NCBI GenBank assembly: GCA_963599285.1
Contig: CAVBYE010000011.1
Coordinates: forward strand, 13,374-77,373
Length of the DNA stretch: 64,000 bases
From: Bacteroidaceae bacterium
Lineage (GTDB): Bacteria; Pseudomonadota; Gammaproteobacteria; Pseudomonadales; Moraxellaceae
Reading direction: 5' to 3'
Position numbers and translations under genes: made by a program. Under the pieces are notes generated by a model. It searched no databases. It worked only from the letters and a program-made list of their open reading frames with translations, and was not told the DNA's origin. Of the stretch, positions 40,971 through 52,235 are shown piece by piece (position 1 is the first letter of the stretch; each line of letters begins with the position of its first letter).

Positions 40971-42823
40971 GTAATGCATTACGTATTGCCCTTGTTGGTA
41001 ACCCAAACTGCGGTAAAACATCACTGTTTAACCATTTAACCGGTACACGCCAAAAAGTGGGTAACTATGCCGGTGTAACGGTTGAACGTAAGGTCGGTAA
41101 CTTTAATTTGCCTTCAGGCAAAGCGGTACGTGTACTGGATTTACCCGGAACCTATAGCTTAAATGCCACCAGTCCCGATGAAGAAGTGACCCGTAATGTG
41201 GTGTTGGGCCAGTTGGCAGAAGAGCGCGATCAAGATGCCTTCTTATGTGTAGTCGATGCCACCAACCTAAAATTACATTTAGGTTTGGTGTTGGAAATGA
41301 TTGCACAGGGACGCCCCATTCTACTTGTATTGAACATGATGGATGAAGCACGCCGTCGTGGTATTCAAATTAACGTACAGAAATTATCTGAACGTTTGGG
41401 TATTCCTGTTGTAGAAACCGTGGCAGTACGCAAATCGGGTATTGCCAACTTGATGAATGCTTTGGATCAAAGCAAATACGCTGTTGCGCGTACTGAGCTG
41501 AGCGGTCTAAAAGGGGATGAGCATCAAAAGGTTGAACAGATTGTTCAAGATGCAGTGACTTATCTTGAGCAAGATGACCAACGTTCAGACTTTTTGGACA
41601 AAATTTTCTTGCATCCTGTACTGGGCTTAGTCAGCCTTGCGGTGATGATGTTTGTGATTTTCCAAGCCGTATTTGCATGGGCTGCCCCATTTATGGATGG
41701 GATTGAAACGGTATTTGGTTGGCTCGGTGAAGTGGTCGGTGCGCAAATCCAACATCCATTGCTGAACAGCTTAGTGGTCGATGGCATTATTGCCGGTGCT
41801 GGTGGGGTGGTGGTGTTCTTGCCACAGATTCTCATTCTGTTCTTCTTTATTTTGGTGCTTGAAGAATCAGGTTACTTACCTCGTGCGGCATTCTTACTGG
41901 ATAAGCTGATGTTTAAAGCAGGTCTTTCAGGACGTGCCTTTATTCCGTTGTTATCGAGTTTTGCTTGTGCAATTCCGGGCATTATGGCATCACGTACTAT
42001 TAGTGACCCACGTGACCGTTTAACCACGATTTTTGTCGCACCGCTGATGACCTGTTCGGCACGTCTGCCAGTCTATGCATTGTTAATTGCAGCATTTATT
42101 CCCTCAGAAACTGTGCTCGGTATTTTTAATCTGCAAGGTTTAGTGTTGTTCGGTTTATACATGGCCGGCATCGTCAGTGCTTTGTGTGTGTCCTTTGTAA
42201 TGAAGTTTTTCCACAAGGATAAATCACAGCACATGTTGTTAATGGAATTACCAAGTTATCGTTTCCCAGATCTTAAGAATATTTGGATTGGTCTCCTCGA
42301 TCGCGCCAAGATCTTCTTAAAACGTGTTGGTGGGATTATCTTTGCTTTGTCGATTCTGTTGTGGTTTTTATGTACCTTCCCACAGCCACCGGAAGGGGCA
42401 ACTTTACCTGCAATTGATTACACCTTGGCGGGGATGCTTGGGCATGTGTTACAACCTATTTTTGAACCATTGGGCTTTAACTGGCAGATTTGTATTGCCT
42501 TGATTCCTGCAATGGCTGCACGTGAAGTGGTGGTGGCAGCACTCGGTACAATTTATGCGTTGTCTGCTGTGGATGATGACGCCATGGCTGAAGGTCTGGC
42601 TGCCCTAATCAGTGGCAGCAGTGATTTAGGTTGGTCATTGGCAACAGGTCTTGCTGTATTGGTATGGTTTATTTATGCACCACACTGTTTACCGACTTTA
42701 GCGACGATTCGCCGTGAAACAGGTTCATGGAAAACCGTAGGTATTATGACGGTGTATTTATTTGGATTGGCTTATTTGATGTCATTCCTGACCTATCAAA
42801 TTGCGTCACATCTATTTGCTTAA
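40967..42823 (+). CDS. feoB: Ferrous iron transporter B
   Basis: The N-terminal G-domain has GNPNCGKTSLFN and DLPG. The membrane domain is polytopic. Confidence 0.95.
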   Translation: MSNALRIALVGNPNCGKTSLFNHLTGTRQKVGNYAGVTVERKVGNFNLPSGKAVRVLDLPGTYSLNATSPDEEVTRNVVLGQLAEERDQDAFLCVVDATNLKLHLGLVLEMIAQGRPILLVLNMMDEARRRGIQINVQKLSERLGIPVVETVAVRKSGIANLMNALDQSKYAVARTELSGLKGDEHQKVEQIVQDAVTYLEQDDQRSDFLDKIFLHPVLGLVSLAVMMFVIFQAVFAWAAPFMDGIETVFGWLGEVVGAQIQHPLLNSLVVDGIIAGAGGVVVFLPQILILFFFILVLEESGYLPRAAFLLDKLMFKAGLSGRAFIPLLSSFACAIPGIMASRTISDPRDRLTTIFVAPLMTCSARLPVYALLIAAFIPSETVLGIFNLQGLVLFGLYMAGIVSALCVSFVMKFFHKDKSQHMLLMELPSYRFPDLKNIWIGLLDRAKIFLKRVGGIIFALSILLWFLCTFPQPPEGATLPAIDYTLAGMLGHVLQPIFEPLGFNWQICIALIPAMAAREVVVAALGTIYALSAVDDDAMAEGLAALISGSSDLGWSLATGLAVLVWFIYAPHCLPTLATIRRETGSWKTVGIMTVYLFGLAYLMSFLTYQIASHLFA

Positions 42824-42843
42824 GCTCAACCAAGGAGATTGAG

Positions 42844-43092
42844 ATGATTGAAATTCTGATTGTCGCTGCACTGGTACTGTGGAGTACTGTAGTGGTGTTT
42901 AAAAAGGTGTTTCCGAAAACATCAAACTCAGTCTTTTTGGCCTTAGCACAAGCTTGCCAACGACGTGGTTGGCAGCGCTTAGCCAAGTGGTTACAGCCCA
43001 AAATGGCCGCAGGCTGCGGTGGGGGCTGTAGCTGCCCAAGCAGTGAAGATAAGCCTGCGCCAACCACTGTACAAGAGGTGAAGTGGAAATAA
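42844..43092 (+). CDS. FeoB-associated Cys-rich membrane protein
   Basis: AAGGAG lies 7 nt upstream of ATG 42844. The protein has a single N-terminal TM helix followed by the Cys cluster GCGGGCSC. It lies directly after feoB. Confidence 0.65.
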   Translation: MIEILIVAALVLWSTVVVFKKVFPKTSNSVFLALAQACQRRGWQRLAKWLQPKMAAGCGGGCSCPSSEDKPAPTTVQEVKWK

Positions 43093-43117
43093 AACCCATC
43101 ACCTTGTACTGTAAAAG

Positions 43118-43142
43118 AGCCACTCCTTGAGTGGCTTTTTTT
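43118..43142 (+). terminator. Rho-independent terminator
   Basis: The stem AGCCACT/AGTGGCT is followed by T7. Confidence 0.8.
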
Positions 43143-43170
43143 ACCGGTGGACACAAAAAAAAGCGTATAA

Positions 43171-44595
<1,425 letters not shown>

Positions 44596-44613
44596 CAGCA
44601 TAAGGAATCAGGT

Positions 44614-45810
44614 ATGGCGGGCTTGGCTCAGACGACCCATGATAAATTACAGCAGCTTTATCAACAATGGGCTGCAAAAGTGCCGGAACAAATTACGGTA
44701 CGTAAGACGCTTATTTTTTGTGTCTTAGCATTACTGTGTATTGGCTCAATTATGGTGGCGTCCGCGTCGATGCCCTATGCTGACCGTTTACATGAAAATC
44801 CATTTCACTACGTGATGCGCCATGGCATTTCGATTCTGGTGGCTGCGGCCGCAGCTCTAATTGCCTATCGCGTGCCCATGGAAATGTGGTTTAAGAATGC
44901 GTTTATGATTTGGATCATTACCATCTTAATGCTCGGTGCCGTGTTGGTGGTGGGAACAGAGGTCAATGGTTCAACCCGTTGGATTCGTGTGGCCGGCTTT
45001 ACCCTACAGGTCACGGAAGTGGCCAAAGTCGCCATGGCGATCTTTACTGCAGATTATGTGGTGCGTCGTTCGCAAGAGGTGCGTAGTAAGCTCTCTGGTT
45101 TAGGGCGCTTAGGTTTGGTGATGCTCATGACCGTTGGCTTTATTATTTTAGAGCCAGACTTAGGCGCAACAGTGGTGATTGCACTGATGATGCTGGGGAT
45201 TTTCTTCCTCGCAGGTGCACCAATTGTACAGTTTGCCTGTGCTTTTGGTTTTATCCTGTTGGCCTTTGGTGCTTTGGTGGTGTTTGAGCCGTATCGTTTT
45301 GAACGTTTGATGTCGTTTACCAATCCATGGGATGACCAGTTGGGCGTTGGTTATCAGCTCTCGAACGCATTAATGGCCTTTGGTCGAGGTGAGTTCTTTG
45401 GTGTAGGTTTGGGGCAAAGTATGCAGAAAATGTCTTACTTGCCTGAGGCACATACCGACTTTATGTTGGCTATTTTTGCAGAAGAATTTGGCTTCTTTGG
45501 CTTTGCATTACTGATGGTATTAAGCTTTACCATGTTGGTCTGCTGTATCAAAATCGGGCATCGTGCACTGCGTAATCAGTATCTACGTGCAGGTTATTTG
45601 GTCTATGGATTCTCCATCATTTTCTTGCTGCAAATCTTAGTGAATGCGGGTATGAACATGGGGTTACTGCCGACCAAAGGCTTAACCTTACCCTTTATTA
45701 GTTATGGCGGGTCATCACTGATTATGTGTGCAGTGATGATCAGTTTGGTGCTCAAAGTAGAGAGCCAAACCCAAGGCATTAACCCGAGTCGTGAAGAGTC
45801 GAGTTTCTAG
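44614..45810 (+). CDS. ftsW: Cell division protein FtsW (SEDS family)
   Basis: The SEDS motifs EPDLGA, PEAHTDF and LPFISYGGSS are present. The gene follows murD. Confidence 0.9.
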   Translation: MAGLAQTTHDKLQQLYQQWAAKVPEQITVRKTLIFCVLALLCIGSIMVASASMPYADRLHENPFHYVMRHGISILVAAAAALIAYRVPMEMWFKNAFMIWIITILMLGAVLVVGTEVNGSTRWIRVAGFTLQVTEVAKVAMAIFTADYVVRRSQEVRSKLSGLGRLGLVMLMTVGFIILEPDLGATVVIALMMLGIFFLAGAPIVQFACAFGFILLAFGALVVFEPYRFERLMSFTNPWDDQLGVGYQLSNALMAFGRGEFFGVGLGQSMQKMSYLPEAHTDFMLAIFAEEFGFFGFALLMVLSFTMLVCCIKIGHRALRNQYLRAGYLVYGFSIIFLLQILVNAGMNMGLLPTKGLTLPFISYGGSSLIMCAVMISLVLKVESQTQGINPSREESSF

Positions 45811-46052
45811 TCAAAAGGTCCTTTGTGCTGAGCGTGTTGCAAGACACTGCTCGGCATTTCGGTGCCACAATTTAAACATTTTACAAAAGCAGTTTGGGCT
45901 TTAGACAGCGGAATCAGTGGAATAAAAAATAAGGAAAAATAATTACGCTGTTGTTTGAGTTGATAGTTGCCATGGGTCCGGCATACCGGACAAGTAAATA
46001 ATTTGGTCTCAACGACTTTGGTTTTTGGCCCAATTCCAAAAATAAAAAACAT
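45807..46052 (-). CDS. Zinc-ribbon domain-containing small membrane protein
   Basis: Two CxxC pairs (CPVC, CLNC) flank a hydrophobic segment (FSLFFIPLIPL). Confidence 0.6.
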   Translation of the reverse strand: MFFIFGIGPKTKVVETKLFTCPVCRTHGNYQLKQQRNYFSLFFIPLIPLSKAQTAFVKCLNCGTEMPSSVLQHAQHKGPFD

Positions 46053-46097
46053 GATTTTCCCCTGTATTTTTATTCAGCTTAACTGAAAACACATCCC

Positions 46098-47018
46098 TTA
46101 TAGGTAATGACCTTGTAATTCGATTTGACGTGGAATACGGCTCACATCCCATTGTTGAATGGCGTGTTGTAGCATCACTTCAGGGCGGTCAATATCAACA
46201 GCGGGTTGTTGCAAGGCGTGCAAGGCTTGCTGTAGCAGCTGCGGAGCATGCTGAAGATCTAAAGCTTGGGCAAGATTTTGCTTGGATAATTTTTGCCCTT
46301 GATCATTCATGGCCAAAGGAAGATGCATATAGCGCAAACGTGGATAATCTAACAATTGACCCAAATAGATTTGGCGTTCGGTATTGTCGAGTAAATCTGC
46401 GCCACGTACCACATCGGTCACGCCTTGTAGATAGTCATCGACAACCACAGCCAATTGATAGTTCCATATCCCATCACGACGTTTTAACACAAAATCACCT
46501 AAGTCATGTGCAAGATGCGAACGATGTTGACCTTGTAGGCGATCCTCGAATGCAATCTCACCGATCTCGACTTTGACTCGAATTGCTTGTTGTGCAAAGT
46601 CTAGATTTAAGTCGCGGCAGGTGCCTTGGTAAATATGGTTGGAGCCCAACATCTTGCGTGTACATTGGCAGGCATAGACCAAACCCTGTTGCTTGAGTTG
46701 TTCGAGCACAGCTTGGTAGAGGTCAAAACGATCTTTTTGGAAAATAATCTCGGCATCAGGCACAAAGCCAAAGGCCTCAATGCTGCGTAAAATATGACTT
46801 TCACTGCCAGGATAAATGCGGGGGATGTCGGTATCTTCAATACGCACGAGCCATTTGCCCTGATGGGCTTTGGCATCACAATAACTCGCCACTGCGGTGA
46901 GTAGCGAGCCAAAATGCAAGGGGCCTGTCGGCGATGGCGCAAACCGCCCTGTATAATGAGGCAGCAGTGTAGACGTCTGCTGCTGCACAGGTGCATCAGT
47001 CACTTGAGGATTATGCAC
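46098..47018 (-). CDS. gluQ: tRNA glutamyl-Q(34) synthetase
   Basis: The sequence GRFAPSPTGPLHFGSL (HIGH-like) marks a truncated GluRS catalytic domain. The gene lies downstream of dksA. Confidence 0.9.
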   Translation of the reverse strand: MHNPQVTDAPVQQQTSTLLPHYTGRFAPSPTGPLHFGSLLTAVASYCDAKAHQGKWLVRIEDTDIPRIYPGSESHILRSIEAFGFVPDAEIIFQKDRFDLYQAVLEQLKQQGLVYACQCTRKMLGSNHIYQGTCRDLNLDFAQQAIRVKVEIGEIAFEDRLQGQHRSHLAHDLGDFVLKRRDGIWNYQLAVVVDDYLQGVTDVVRGADLLDNTERQIYLGQLLDYPRLRYMHLPLAMNDQGQKLSKQNLAQALDLQHAPQLLQQALHALQQPAVDIDRPEVMLQHAIQQWDVSRIPRQIELQGHYL

Positions 47019-47029
47019 AACAGTCTCAA

Positions 47030-47542
47030 TTAACCGTTGTTTTGCTTCTCTTTAATCTCTGCTAAAGTTTTGCAGTCGATACAAAGGGTTGCTGTTGGAC
47101 GCGCTTCAAGGCGACGTAAACCGATTTCAATACCACAGGTTTCGCAGAAACCGTAGTCATCATTTTTAATCGCTTCAATAGATTGTTCAATTTTACGAAT
47201 AAGTTTACGTTCACGGTCGCGCGTACGTAATTCAATCGCAAACTCTTCTTCTTGCGTTGCACGGTCATTTACGTCAGGTAACGCCGTGTTTTCGTCTTGC
47301 ATGGTATTTAAAGTACGGTCTACTTCAGACATTAACTCTGCCTTCCATGCCAATAAAATTTGGCGGAAGTGTTCAAGCTGTCCTTCAGACATGTATTCTT
47401 CGTTTTTCTTTGGCTGATAAGGCTCAATACCAAATAGGCTAGCAGTAGAACTACCTTCGGTTGCCTTTGGCTTGGTCTTACGCACACGCTTTACCACATC
47501 AGTTTGTTCGTCTAAAACTTGATTTTGGTTGTCATTCGCCAT
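47030..47542 (-). CDS. dksA: RNA polymerase-binding transcription factor DksA
   Basis: The protein has a coiled coil and a C4 zinc finger (CETCG...CIDC). The DxxDxA motif is present as DVNDRA. Confidence 0.95.
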   Translation of the reverse strand: MANDNQNQVLDEQTDVVKRVRKTKPKATEGSSTASLFGIEPYQPKKNEEYMSEGQLEHFRQILLAWKAELMSEVDRTLNTMQDENTALPDVNDRATQEEEFAIELRTRDRERKLIRKIEQSIEAIKNDDYGFCETCGIEIGLRRLEARPTATLCIDCKTLAEIKEKQNNG

Positions 47543-47754
47543 ACAGGGCATTCCTCATCATATGTATGTAGCTGGACACACAGAAAAATATGGTGATATG
47601 CAATTTTTTTATCCACCCCAAAACCCTGTTCAGGCGTCGGGGGTCGTCATCATATAGACTTTTTATCTGTTTTAATAGTCTTAGATGCTTGGATTTGAAT
47701 TATCACTTTTCCATTGGAAGCCATAAATTAAAGCAAAAAAACAAAAAATAAAAG

Positions 47755-48558
47755 TTAATAACCTGAAATTTCAACATTAATCTTTTGTTGTAGCTGTGTA
47801 AGTCGATGTACCTCTGTGCTAAAGCTGCCGTCACTTTTCAAATGTAAGACTCTGTAACCTGGGGCAATGGTGTCGAGGGCAAAGTCATGACTTTTTGGTT
47901 TAAATTGCACACAAGTTGACGGCGTAGACAAAAATTCAATTTGGCGCCACAGATTGCAAGACTCTTGATGCACATGCCCAAACAGTACCAATTTAACTTG
48001 GGTATGTTGACTTAAAATGTCGGTCAGGGCATGGGTGTTTTTCAGCTGGTGCTGATCAATCCAGTGTGACTGCATGGCGAAAGGATGATGATGACAGGCC
48101 AAAATAATATGCTGCTCGGGGTGAGCTGCTAACAGCTGTTTGAGTTGTTCAAGTTGCTGTTGGTCAACCCAACCATCGACCTGATTGCTCACCGCAGTAT
48201 TGAGTAAAATCACACTCCATGCCCCAAGATGCACAATGTGGGCACAGTTTTTTTGCTCATGAAATGGGAAATGGGCCACCGCATCATGATTACCCGGCAC
48301 CTGATAATGCGGATAGCTGAGTGTGCTGACATGGTCTAAATAACGGGCATAGGTTGCAGGTTTGGCGACTTGCGCTAAATCGCCGGTATGCAGCAGCGCA
48401 TCTGCGTGGGCGTATTTGGTTTGAATATCCTTAAGTACAGCTAAAAAGCTTTGTTCAGGATTCACTTGAACAAAGTCGAGTTGTGGCTCATCCATAAGGT
48501 GGGTATCTGAAATATGAATTAATGTCAGTTCAGTCTGAGCATGTAAATGAGAGTTCAT
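47755..48558 (-). CDS. cpdA: 3',5'-cyclic-nucleotide phosphodiesterase CpdA
   Basis: The metallophosphoesterase motifs SDTH, GDLA, GNHD and GHVH are present. GGGAG lies upstream of ATG 48558. Confidence 0.85.
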   Translation of the reverse strand: MNSHLHAQTELTLIHISDTHLMDEPQLDFVQVNPEQSFLAVLKDIQTKYAHADALLHTGDLAQVAKPATYARYLDHVSTLSYPHYQVPGNHDAVAHFPFHEQKNCAHIVHLGAWSVILLNTAVSNQVDGWVDQQQLEQLKQLLAAHPEQHIILACHHHPFAMQSHWIDQHQLKNTHALTDILSQHTQVKLVLFGHVHQESCNLWRQIEFLSTPSTCVQFKPKSHDFALDTIAPGYRVLHLKSDGSFSTEVHRLTQLQQKINVEISGY

Positions 48559-48571
48559 ATTCGCGGCTCCC

Positions 48572-49192
48572 TTAGAGATCTTGGGTGGTTTTAATATGTT
48601 GTTGTAGCCATTGCAATGCCATGATGACAGGCGCATTTCTTAAGCGACCAGTGGTCAATAATATAGAAAGATCTTTGTAGTCAAAGACATGCAATTGAAT
48701 ATTTTCGCCTTCATCTGCCACACCAAATACGCTGCCCGTTGCAGGTAAATCTGCTTGTGCGACATATAAATGAAATAACTCTGAACATGCACCTGCAGAG
48801 GGGTAAAAGCTGAACAGATGAGTTAAGTCTGTAAGCGTACAACCTGCCTCTTCTAAAGCTTCACGGTAGAGACACTGTTCAGGGGTTTCATCTGAACCAA
48901 ACACGCCAGCCACGATTTCCAATTGCCATGCAGATATAGGGTCGTTGAGTGCGCCAATGCGGAATTGTTCAATGAGGGCAAACTGCTGACGTTGATCATT
49001 GTAAATGAGTACCCCAGCAGCTTCAGGACGATGAATGAGTTCACGTGTCAGGGTTGGGCTGTAATGATTTTGCCCAAACAGGCGATGACGTAAGCTGACT
49101 TTTTCCACTTGTACAAAACTACGAAACAGATATTCACGCTGTTCAATTTCTACATCATGATTCAGATAAGTTGCTTGTTGTAAAATAGTCAT
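48572..49192 (-). CDS. nudF: ADP-ribose pyrophosphatase (Nudix)
   Basis: The Nudix box is GVFGSDETPEQCLYREALEEAGC. The nudF-cpdA synteny is present. Confidence 0.85.
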   Translation of the reverse strand: MTILQQATYLNHDVEIEQREYLFRSFVQVEKVSLRHRLFGQNHYSPTLTRELIHRPEAAGVLIYNDQRQQFALIEQFRIGALNDPISAWQLEIVAGVFGSDETPEQCLYREALEEAGCTLTDLTHLFSFYPSAGACSELFHLYVAQADLPATGSVFGVADEGENIQLHVFDYKDLSILLTTGRLRNAPVIMALQWLQQHIKTTQDL

Positions 49193-49503
49193 TAGTGCAG
49201 CCAGAATGAAATCGATTCTGACTTCATCCTAACTGAGCTGTGGCGAGACTTAAACGCTTTTTTTCGTCTTTTAACGTTATGGTACAGTTTTTAATCGGGC
49301 TTGTGATGTGGTGCTTATATTTTTATTAAATTATTAACAATATCTTGATATTTATATGATTTTGTAAATTAATTCACGATTTTAACTTTCATTTGCACAC
49401 TTGTGGACTAAAAAGCTCGCAGGCCATACACAGCAGCATGCACATTTTTAGGCGAGAGCCTATACAGACAAGCAAACGCTCCTTGAAAGCAGATGAGTCA
49501 GCC

Positions 49504-50547
49504 TTAGCGTAGACACACCGCATCTTGGAAACAGTTAATACGACGATTGAAGCTGACCTGAGTCAGGTTTAAGTGTTGTCGTAATGCACGTACGGCCTGT
49601 TGCTGTTGTGCCGCTAAGTTGTCTAGTGGCGCAGTTGAATGTTGTTCTAGGAAATCGAGAAATAATTGTGCTTGTCGGGTGAGTTGAGAGCGTGGCTGTT
49701 GAGCCAAATACTGCACTGCCGCTAACGTACTGCCATCGACAGATGTGCTGCCTTGGTCATACTGTAAAACCTGACGATCTTCGAATCCAATAAACAACAA
49801 TTGGCTATAAGCCTGATACAAATATTGAGCATCACGGAAATAGCGGCTCTGTGGGTATTTCGCTAAGTACTTTTCCCAAAACAAAGCCCGATCGGCTAAG
49901 ACCATGGGTTCAACCTGTAGGCGTCCGTCACGTAACAAAGGGGAGGTGTTTTGATTGGCAAGCGCCACAATAAAACTTTGCTCAGCTTCAGGTAAATAGG
50001 GTGCAAAAATGCGAGCCAAATACTGAGGATGGCGACGGTAGGTGGTATGTTGATCTGACCAATGAATGACTTCTAAATAGGCCTGTCCTTGATGCTTGAC
50101 AAGGTATTGATCACGCAAATGCATGTGTTCAAAATGACTTTGTTGTAAGGTCGGGTGTGCCCCTGCACCTGAAACATAATCTTCAAATGCAGCCTGTTGT
50201 TCAGGTGAACGTTGAATTGCGAAGAACTGCTGATACATTTGGGTAGACAAATTCAGTAATTGAAATTGCTGCTCTGTCTCCATCAGCGGCAAGCAAACAG
50301 TCAAATCCTTATTCATTTCCTGTAAGGCCAATACTGTGCGCTGCGAGTGAACTGCTTGCATTTGTGTGGCCAAATTATTGCACAAGTCATTTAAATCAAC
50401 TTTGGCTGACATCTGTGCTTGAACGGCGGGTGTTTCAATAATAGGGGGAATATCAGCAGGTTGGCATGCAAGTAATGACAAACAACAGAGCAAAGACAGC
50501 AGCAATTTGCCCAAATGCAGTGAGTCAAAGGTCATAGGCATGATCAA
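49504..50547 (-). CDS. Hypothetical lipoprotein
   Basis: The signal peptide has the lipobox LSLLAC. The protein is 347 aa and Gln-rich. No family was recognised. The start could be at 50547, 50541 or 50535. Confidence 0.55.
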   Translation of the reverse strand: MIMPMTFDSLHLGKLLLSLLCCLSLLACQPADIPPIIETPAVQAQMSAKVDLNDLCNNLATQMQAVHSQRTVLALQEMNKDLTVCLPLMETEQQFQLLNLSTQMYQQFFAIQRSPEQQAAFEDYVSGAGAHPTLQQSHFEHMHLRDQYLVKHQGQAYLEVIHWSDQHTTYRRHPQYLARIFAPYLPEAEQSFIVALANQNTSPLLRDGRLQVEPMVLADRALFWEKYLAKYPQSRYFRDAQYLYQAYSQLLFIGFEDRQVLQYDQGSTSVDGSTLAAVQYLAQQPRSQLTRQAQLFLDFLEQHSTAPLDNLAAQQQQAVRALRQHLNLTQVSFNRRINCFQDAVCLR

Positions 50548-50802
50548 CGTCTTGGAAAGGAAGAGAACATATTGTGCAATACGGACGCCTCAGGAAATGC
50601 TAGCAATCTGTAGCATTGTGCTGTGGTTTGGTTAAGCCTGTATAACACGTGCTGAAAAACAACGCTATTTTATGGAAAAATCATGCTTTTTATAGGCCTA
50701 TTGTGTAAAAAAACATTCAAAATGCTACAACCAATTGATTAATTAAGATTAGTATCAGCAGTCATTGAATTTGTGTGTTTAGTTTTGCTAAATGGGGTCG
50801 TG

Positions 50803-52146
50803 ATGAAAAAAACACTTTTGTTGCTTGTTGGTGTAATGGTGGCTGCGCCAAGCAGCTATGCATTGGATTTGGTTGAGGCTTATCAGCGTGCGCAGAGCAA
50901 TGATCCCACATGGACTGCACAACAACGACAATATGATGTCGACCGTTTAAATTTAGGTTTAGCCAAAGGCAACTTATTGCCGACCATTACAGCAACAGGC
51001 AATGTGACGCGCAAGCATCAAGAGATCAATTCTAGTCAAACGAGTGTGCTTCCGGGTTTTGACAATGAAAAGTTAATGCCCAAAGCCTCAACCAACCGCC
51101 AAATTGCCTTAACTGCACGTCAGCCTTTATTCCGTTGGGATGCTTGGGAAGGCTTAAAGCAAGTCAAAACTTCGATTTCTTTGAGTGAGCTGACGCTGCG
51201 CCTACAACAACAGCAACATATGCTGAACACAGCAGAGGCCTATTTTAATGTGTTGCGCCAACAGGCACTCACCACCGCACATCTTCAAGAAGAAAAAGCG
51301 CTACTTGAGCAACTCAATATGATGAATGCCAAACTGCGTGAAGGATTAGTTGCCCGCAGTGAAGTACGTGAGGCGGATGCCCAGTACCAAAATGCACGTG
51401 CCAATCGTCTTGCAGGGCAAGTGCAGGTGTTGTTGGCACAGGAGCAACTTGAACAAATTATTGGCCCTTATCGAGATAATCTTGCGGTGCTCAGTAGTGA
51501 TTTTCAGTTCCAAAAGCCTGTGCCACAGGATTTAAAGGCGTGGCAAGACTTGGCGCAAAAGCAAAATTTACAGTTGCAACAAGCCCGTATGCAAAAGCAG
51601 TATGCAGAAGATGCCAAACGTGTCGAACAAGCCGCACGTCTGCCACAATTAGAGGCAGTGGCCAGTTATGGTTATAATAAGCAAAGTCCCGACAGCTTAA
51701 TTGCCAATGATGGTCAGTTCGACCAAGTGGGGGTTGAAATGAATTGGAAGCTGTTTAACGGCGGTCAAACCAAGATCAACATTCAAAAGGCCACATTGAG
51801 CGTACAAAAAGCCATGGCTGAGGTCGATGCAGCAAGCCGTCATGCCAATACAGAAGTGAAAAAAGCCTACCTGCAAGTGGACACAGATCAAGCCAAATTA
51901 CAGGCGCGTAAAACCGCACTGCAATCTGCAGAAACCGTTTCTCAAGCCTCACAAGCCCAGTATCGCGAGGGCCTAAAGAACATGGTGGATGTATTGTTGG
52001 CACAGCGTAATGCATTTGCAGCCAAACAAGACTACTTAAACGCGCAATATGATTATGTAATGAATGTATTGCATCTTCAAGCTGCGGTCGGTCAACTCAA
52101 CGAACAAGCCCTGCAAACCATGAATGCTTGGTTGGTTGAGAAATAA
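50803..52146 (+). CDS. tolC: Outer membrane channel TolC
   Basis: The signal peptide is followed by LDLVEAYQRAQSNDPTW. The OEP repeat structure is duplicated. Confidence 0.9.
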   Translation: MKKTLLLLVGVMVAAPSSYALDLVEAYQRAQSNDPTWTAQQRQYDVDRLNLGLAKGNLLPTITATGNVTRKHQEINSSQTSVLPGFDNEKLMPKASTNRQIALTARQPLFRWDAWEGLKQVKTSISLSELTLRLQQQQHMLNTAEAYFNVLRQQALTTAHLQEEKALLEQLNMMNAKLREGLVARSEVREADAQYQNARANRLAGQVQVLLAQEQLEQIIGPYRDNLAVLSSDFQFQKPVPQDLKAWQDLAQKQNLQLQQARMQKQYAEDAKRVEQAARLPQLEAVASYGYNKQSPDSLIANDGQFDQVGVEMNWKLFNGGQTKINIQKATLSVQKAMAEVDAASRHANTEVKKAYLQVDTDQAKLQARKTALQSAETVSQASQAQYREGLKNMVDVLLAQRNAFAAKQDYLNAQYDYVMNVLHLQAAVGQLNEQALQTMNAWLVEK

Positions 52147-52153
52147 CAGCGCA

Positions 52154-52171
52154 CTGTCATCAGACCGTCAT
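52154..52171 (+). promoter_or_regulatory. Pho box (PhoB binding site) upstream of phoU
   Basis: CTGTCAT-caga-CCGTCAT compares with the consensus CTGTCAT-N4-CTGTCAT, matching 13 of 14 repeat positions. A TAATGA -10-like hexamer lies about 12 nt downstream. The site is 65 nt upstream of the phoU start. Confidence 0.55.
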
Positions 52172-52235
52172 TATTGTCGGTTCTAATGATGCATGCCAAA
52201 ATTGAGTCTAAACGTTAAGCTGAGGAGAAACCACG

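Noticed and set aside
46130-46576. 148-aa plus-strand ORF
   Set aside because: It is antisense within gluQ, whose identity is supported by clear motifs. It is a shadow ORF.
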